DNA of 52,618 nucleotides, taken from Candidatus Latescibacterota bacterium. GTDB taxonomy: Bacteria > Latescibacterota > MWCZ01. The notes under the pieces were generated by a model. It saw only the letters and a program-made list of their open reading frames with translations. It searched no databases and was not told the origin of the DNA. Position 1 is the first letter of the stretch. Each line of letters starts with the position of its first letter. Positions 49,000 to 52,618 of this stretch are shown here, piece by piece. The position numbers and the translations under genes were made by a program. The stretch is taken from contig JAKPPK010000072.1 of the NCBI GenBank assembly GCA_029547385.1, positions 1 through 52,618 on the forward strand. Direction: 5' to 3'.

Positions 49000-50227
49000 C
49001 AAGAAGGATAGTAAGGACTTGAGCTGTTCCGTCGTGAACCTGACGAAGGCACTGGTCGCGATCCCGAGCGAAAGCTCGCGATCCAACCTCCCCGTCATGC
49101 AGCAACTCTGTACGTTCCTGTATTCGCAAGGCTTCCGCGTCACCAGATACCCGCAGAACGGTCCGTCAACCGGACCAGAAAAAACCAACCTGATTGCAGA
49201 ACGAGGAAACGGAACTCGTCGCCTTGTGTTTTCCGGTCACCTCGATACGGTCCCCGTTGGAGAGCGGGGCCAGTGGCAGCATGATCCTTACGGTGCGGAG
49301 GGGATAATTGGCGACCGTCTCTACGGTCGCGGAGCGGTTGACATGAAGGGGCAGGTGGCGGCGATGGCGTGCGCGTGTGCATCTGTCCCGGAAGAGGTGT
49401 TGAGGAATCTGACCTTGACGCTGGCAATAACAGGGGACGAGGAAATCGGTCACGTAGGGATCAAGGACCTCGCTGCCAAGCATGTTTTCCAGCGCGCCGT
49501 GGGGTGCGTGGTGGGTGAGCCTACCGGTCTGCGCGTGGTGAGTGCGCACAAGGGCGGGATGACTGTGCGAATTACCGTTCGAGGTCTGAGTTGCCATTCA
49601 AGCAAACCGCACCTCGGTGTCAACGCCATAGAACAGGCTGCCCGGTTATTGAATCTTCTCGGAGAACGCCTCGCACCCTGGTGCGCGCAACGTCACCCGG
49701 CTTTTGGAGAAGAACCGCCCACCTTCACGGTCGTGGGCGTCTCGGGCGGCGTTGCGGATAACGTCGTACCTGATTCATGCACTGTCAATATCAGCGCCCG
49801 AGCACTCGAAACGGGGCACTTTGAAACATTCCGAGCGGCACTGGAAGGGATCATCAGCGAGCTTGTTGACGATGACACACGAAAGGGAGTTCCTCCGGAA
49901 CGGCGGTTCTCAGCGGACATGGACCTGCTGAAGTGGGCCCCGCCGATGGTGTGCGATACTGCAGGCGTGTGGTACCGGACAGTTGCACGGATCGCCGGAC
50001 AGGAGAAGCCGGAATTTGTCACCTACGGAACTGACGCGGGAGTGTTGAACCAGGTCGGCCTTCCATGCGTCGTATGGGGACCGGGTGACATCATCCGCGC
50101 TCATTCCGTTGACGAGTACATCACACTGGAAGAGCTTACAACTGCTGTTACCCATTACCGCGAACTCATCTGTGCGGTTGCTGCCTCCGAGCTACCGACT
50201 TTCACCACGTCGCTCTGGAACGGGTGA
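48989..50227 (+). CDS. M20-family metallo-deacylase (ArgE/DapE-like acetylornithine deacetylase / succinyl-DAP desuccinylase)
   Basis: Motifs FSGHLDTVP, GRGAVDMKG and TGDEEIGH, plus the C-terminal AHSVDEY. The start is uncertain: TTG 48989 per the ORF track, or TTG at about 49019 after GAAGGA. Confidence 0.8.
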   Translation: MTVDKKDSKDLSCSVVNLTKALVAIPSESSRSNLPVMQQLCTFLYSQGFRVTRYPQNGPSTGPEKTNLIAERGNGTRRLVFSGHLDTVPVGERGQWQHDPYGAEGIIGDRLYGRGAVDMKGQVAAMACACASVPEEVLRNLTLTLAITGDEEIGHVGIKDLAAKHVFQRAVGCVVGEPTGLRVVSAHKGGMTVRITVRGLSCHSSKPHLGVNAIEQAARLLNLLGERLAPWCAQRHPAFGEEPPTFTVVGVSGGVADNVVPDSCTVNISARALETGHFETFRAALEGIISELVDDDTRKGVPPERRFSADMDLLKWAPPMVCDTAGVWYRTVARIAGQEKPEFVTYGTDAGVLNQVGLPCVVWGPGDIIRAHSVDEYITLEELTTAVTHYRELICAVAASELPTFTTSLWNG

Positions 50228-50230
50228 GGT

Positions 50231-52243
50231 TCAGCGCATCAACCAGAAGGCCCGTCCTCCCATCTCCGGCAGCCGCACCGAAAAAGCGGTGGCATCCCCC
50301 TCCTGAATGCATTCGGCGATTTCACCTGAGAAGACATCCTTTGCCGAGGTCCACCCCGGGATACGCACGTTCACGGTGACCTGTATCGGATGGCGGAGGT
50401 GGTTTGCGACGAGAACCATGAGCCGCGAGTCGACCCGGAAGATCCCCACCTCTGCGTTTCGGTTACTCGTTGAACCGATCGGTCGCAAGCCCTGTCGTTC
50501 GAGCTCTTCCGCTATCAGATTCTCCAGGGCAGGTTCAATTCTTACGCGCTGTTGCTGGACCCAATCGTACACGCCCATTCCTTCCGCATAATCCAACCCG
50601 ACGAACGAACCAGCGCGCCACAGCACGCCGCTTCCGATCGGCTGTCGCACGATCGCCGGGCGCCCGTCGTCGAAACGCGCGATGACTTCCACACGTTTCC
50701 CGGCGGCGAGAGCCTGTGCTCCCGAGCGCACGGCCACCGTCGTTCCGTCCGGCAGTACGTACGCCCGCGCCCGCGTTGGATTCCGGGAAATCGTCCTCGG
50801 AAAGATGGTGCCAAAAGGCGCAACGTTCTGATCCCCGAAGTCGGCAAGAACAAGTCCTCCGCGCGTAGCGAAATCTTCGATTTCTTTCCGCGCCTCTGGC
50901 GAAACGCATGAGTTGCCCCAGGTTATGAGCGCCCTGTAACCGCGCGATGCGAGAACACCTTCTGAAACCTGCCGCTCGTCCACAACTTCCACCTGGAATC
51001 CGAGTCTGATGAGAAGTTGATACCCGCCCATCAGATCGTCACCACGGTCGGATGATCGCGTCTGTGCGAACGTGGTCCATGGCGCAAGAATCGCAACGGG
51101 ATCCTTCGCAGGCCGCGTGTTTCCCACTATCCGGACCAACTTCGCGTATTCACGGCTTGCCGCTTCTGAACGCCGCAGATAATCCCCTCCCCACCACCAG
51201 ATCAGGCCGTTCGCACCATGGATAAGTGCGCTGTACACCTGTTCGTGGTAGCCCGCATCGGGTGGTTCGGTGAAATCCCCCTGCCACGAAGGAAATGCTT
51301 GCCCATTCGTCCAGAACGAGCGTTCAAAGCCCATCGCGCTCTGGTTGACGTCCTGAGTAAACGTGTACAGGTAGATCCGCCAAAGTGATCCAGGCGCCCA
51401 TTCCATGGGGTACTGGTCGTTAAAAGAATGTTCGAGCTTTTCGCCCATCTTCCAGAAATGGTTCCCGGTGTACACGCAGTCCCACGTATTTGGGTACCAG
51501 TCATTGATCTCGTGGGTCACAAGGGCACCACGAAGTTCTCGTTCGATGATTTGCCGTTGCAGCGCAATGCATTCCGGAATCGCCGTTGCGTGGTAGTCCA
51601 CCCATTCCTGCCAAAGGCGGCAATCGGGTTCCGGTTTTCGAGGTGGCGTCACGCGGCCAAAAGAAAGCACCTGGCGGCTGTGGACTCTGTTGAACGCAGA
51701 AATGGTTCCGTACAAACTGCGCAACCATTCCCGGAAGCCGTGGAGACAATATCCGCAGTAACATGTCATCGTACGAACCGCGCCTCCGTGTCCGTCTTGA
51801 GGCGTTATCTGATACTGCATCTCATGTCCGATCGCGATGACCGGGCGGCCCCCGACCCGAAGGATACCGGGGTGGTCGCCATACAACTGCGCGACCTCGG
51901 CCACAAAGACCGAGAGCTCTGCGAGGTAGTCCTTGTTGCGGTAACAAAATCCGTTGTCGCGTGTGCTGATTTTCCCGTCGGCACCAATGTTCCGCATCCC
52001 TAGATGCCGGGAGAGGTCTGGTTCGTACGTCGGTTCGAGGAGGACTCTCACACCCAGTTTTTGCGCCTCATCGAGGAATCGGCGTATCTCAAGCACGCGC
52101 GCAGGCGCGGTATCCCCTCGAACGAGGATCGTTTCGCACATTGTCATTGAAAGAGACGCGATGTGGCGCAGTGTCTCAATTGCTTGGTCGTTGCCGGGAT
52201 TGAGGCAGATAGCGCCGATGATTGGACCGTCCGAGTTCTTCAT
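50231..52243 (-). CDS. GH42-like beta-galactosidase family protein
   Basis: 670 aa. A Cys cluster TCYCGYCLHGFREWL follows GHEMQ and resembles the GH42 zinc site and acid/base region. The central segment ILAPWTT...GYQLLIRLGFQVEVVDE resembles the GH42 trimerisation (GATase-like) domain. Confidence 0.55.
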   Translation of the reverse strand: MKNSDGPIIGAICLNPGNDQAIETLRHIASLSMTMCETILVRGDTAPARVLEIRRFLDEAQKLGVRVLLEPTYEPDLSRHLGMRNIGADGKISTRDNGFCYRNKDYLAELSVFVAEVAQLYGDHPGILRVGGRPVIAIGHEMQYQITPQDGHGGAVRTMTCYCGYCLHGFREWLRSLYGTISAFNRVHSRQVLSFGRVTPPRKPEPDCRLWQEWVDYHATAIPECIALQRQIIERELRGALVTHEINDWYPNTWDCVYTGNHFWKMGEKLEHSFNDQYPMEWAPGSLWRIYLYTFTQDVNQSAMGFERSFWTNGQAFPSWQGDFTEPPDAGYHEQVYSALIHGANGLIWWWGGDYLRRSEAASREYAKLVRIVGNTRPAKDPVAILAPWTTFAQTRSSDRGDDLMGGYQLLIRLGFQVEVVDERQVSEGVLASRGYRALITWGNSCVSPEARKEIEDFATRGGLVLADFGDQNVAPFGTIFPRTISRNPTRARAYVLPDGTTVAVRSGAQALAAGKRVEVIARFDDGRPAIVRQPIGSGVLWRAGSFVGLDYAEGMGVYDWVQQQRVRIEPALENLIAEELERQGLRPIGSTSNRNAEVGIFRVDSRLMVLVANHLRHPIQVTVNVRIPGWTSAKDVFSGEIAECIQEGDATAFSVRLPEMGGRAFWLMR

Positions 52244-52345
52244 CCGATGTCTCCGGTGGGGCAGCGTGTTATTAAGTCATTGCAAGGATCTGTCAGTACA
52301 ATAGGCATGCGACGGCGTGACACCAAGCAAGGACTCTTCCTCGTC

Positions 52346-52375
52346 TTGACACATTCCTCGTGCTTGCCGTAACTT
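52346..52375 (+). promoter_or_regulatory. candidate sigma70-type promoter for tRNA-Ser
   Basis: Perfect -35 TTGACA, an 18-nt spacer, then TAACTT. It ends 23 nt before the tRNA 5' end. Confidence 0.4.
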
Positions 52376-52398
52376 CATTGTCTGATTTCCGGCTGAAC

Positions 52399-52492
52399 GG
52401 AGAGGTGACCGAGCTGGCCGATGGTGCTCGCCTGCTAAGCGAGTGTGGGGTCAAAAGCCCCACCGCGGGTTCAAATCCCGCCCTCTCCGCCA
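52399..52492 (+). tRNA. tRNA-Ser (anticodon GCU), long variable arm, CCA encoded
   Basis: Hand-folded. Acceptor GGAGAGG/CCTCTCC, anticodon stem CTCGC/GCGAG with loop CTGCTAA, variable arm GTGGGG-TCAAAAG-CCCCAC, T arm GCGGG-TTCAAAT-CCCGC, and a 3' GCCA. Confidence 0.9.
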
Positions 52493-52506
52493 TATTTCCT
52501 GCGCGT

Positions 52507-52536
52507 GCCTCTCCACCCAGATATCGGTGGAGAGGC
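52507..52536 (+). terminator. GC-rich hairpin downstream of tRNA-Ser (possible terminator, no U-tract)
   Basis: Perfect 11-bp stem GCCTCTCCACC/GGTGGAGAGGC with an 8-nt loop. It is followed by ATTGACG rather than a T-run. Confidence 0.3.
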
Positions 52537-52618
52537 ATTGACGTCTGAGGGTTCGACTGATGCGCCTGGTGATAACGCGTGTTCACGTGTGGCCGGCGGC
52601 CAAAGTGGGCGCAGTGCT

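Noticed and set aside
52293-52586. 97-aa minus-strand ORF and 62-aa plus-strand ORF at the window end
   Set aside because: Both overlap a well-folded tRNA-Ser and its downstream hairpin, so they are not credible as coding sequence.
1-52618. Window-wide look for CRISPR arrays, IS elements or transposases, integrases, prophage genes, toxin-antitoxin pairs, restriction-modification or other defence modules
   Set aside because: I found none by eye. There are no spaced direct repeats and no recombinase, nuclease or methylase motifs in any substantial ORF. The largest non-coding gaps (at most 239 nt) are too short for RNase P RNA or tmRNA and showed no SRP-RNA-like core. A computational repeat and Rfam scan would be needed to exclude small elements.

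Overview
High-GC bacterial chromosomal window, apparently from a diderm organism (it encodes an OM beta-barrel protein and signal-peptide proteins). It is densely coded, with about 47 CDS and 3 tRNAs, and is dominated by core functions. In order along the window: (1) a type II fatty-acid synthesis cluster fabH-fabD-fabG-acpP-fabF, running on through overlapping or near-overlapping junctions into rnc, a LipM/LplA-type lipoyl/octanoyl transferase and pgi; (2) a leaderless, apparently cytoplasmic glycan-processing cluster (BNR sialidase-like protein, heparinase II/III-like protein, aldolase-type TIM barrel, divergent GH127-like protein); (3) Fe-SOD and a GH57 enzyme; (4) maf-rodZ-priA; (5) an FGE-family protein and an alkaline phosphatase; (6) queG-der; (7) a 14-kb co-directional block holding a PHP phosphoesterase, a small membrane protein, an orphan ABC ATPase, a complete nine-gene V/A-type ATPase operon, and a class-B radical SAM gene translationally coupled to a ComF-type phosphoribosyltransferase; (8) tRNA-Glu(CUC), a GT8-like hypothetical and an aldo/keto reductase; (9) hom-thrC-lysC followed directly by tRNA-Lys(CUU); (10) a REC-GAF-GGDEF protein with a degenerate receiver, a small OM beta-barrel, a membrane protein, an M20 deacylase, a GH42-like enzyme and tRNA-Ser(GCU). 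I saw no CRISPR array, transposase, integrase, toxin-antitoxin pair or recognisable defence genes, and no large repeats by eye. I cannot support a clear novel system. The best candidates for follow-up are the radical SAM-ComF pair appended to the V-ATPase operon, the atypical V-ATPase gene order and c-subunit, the cytoplasmic glycan cluster, and the pseudo-receiver GGDEF protein. All family calls rest on motif recognition from the translated ORFs. No searches were run.
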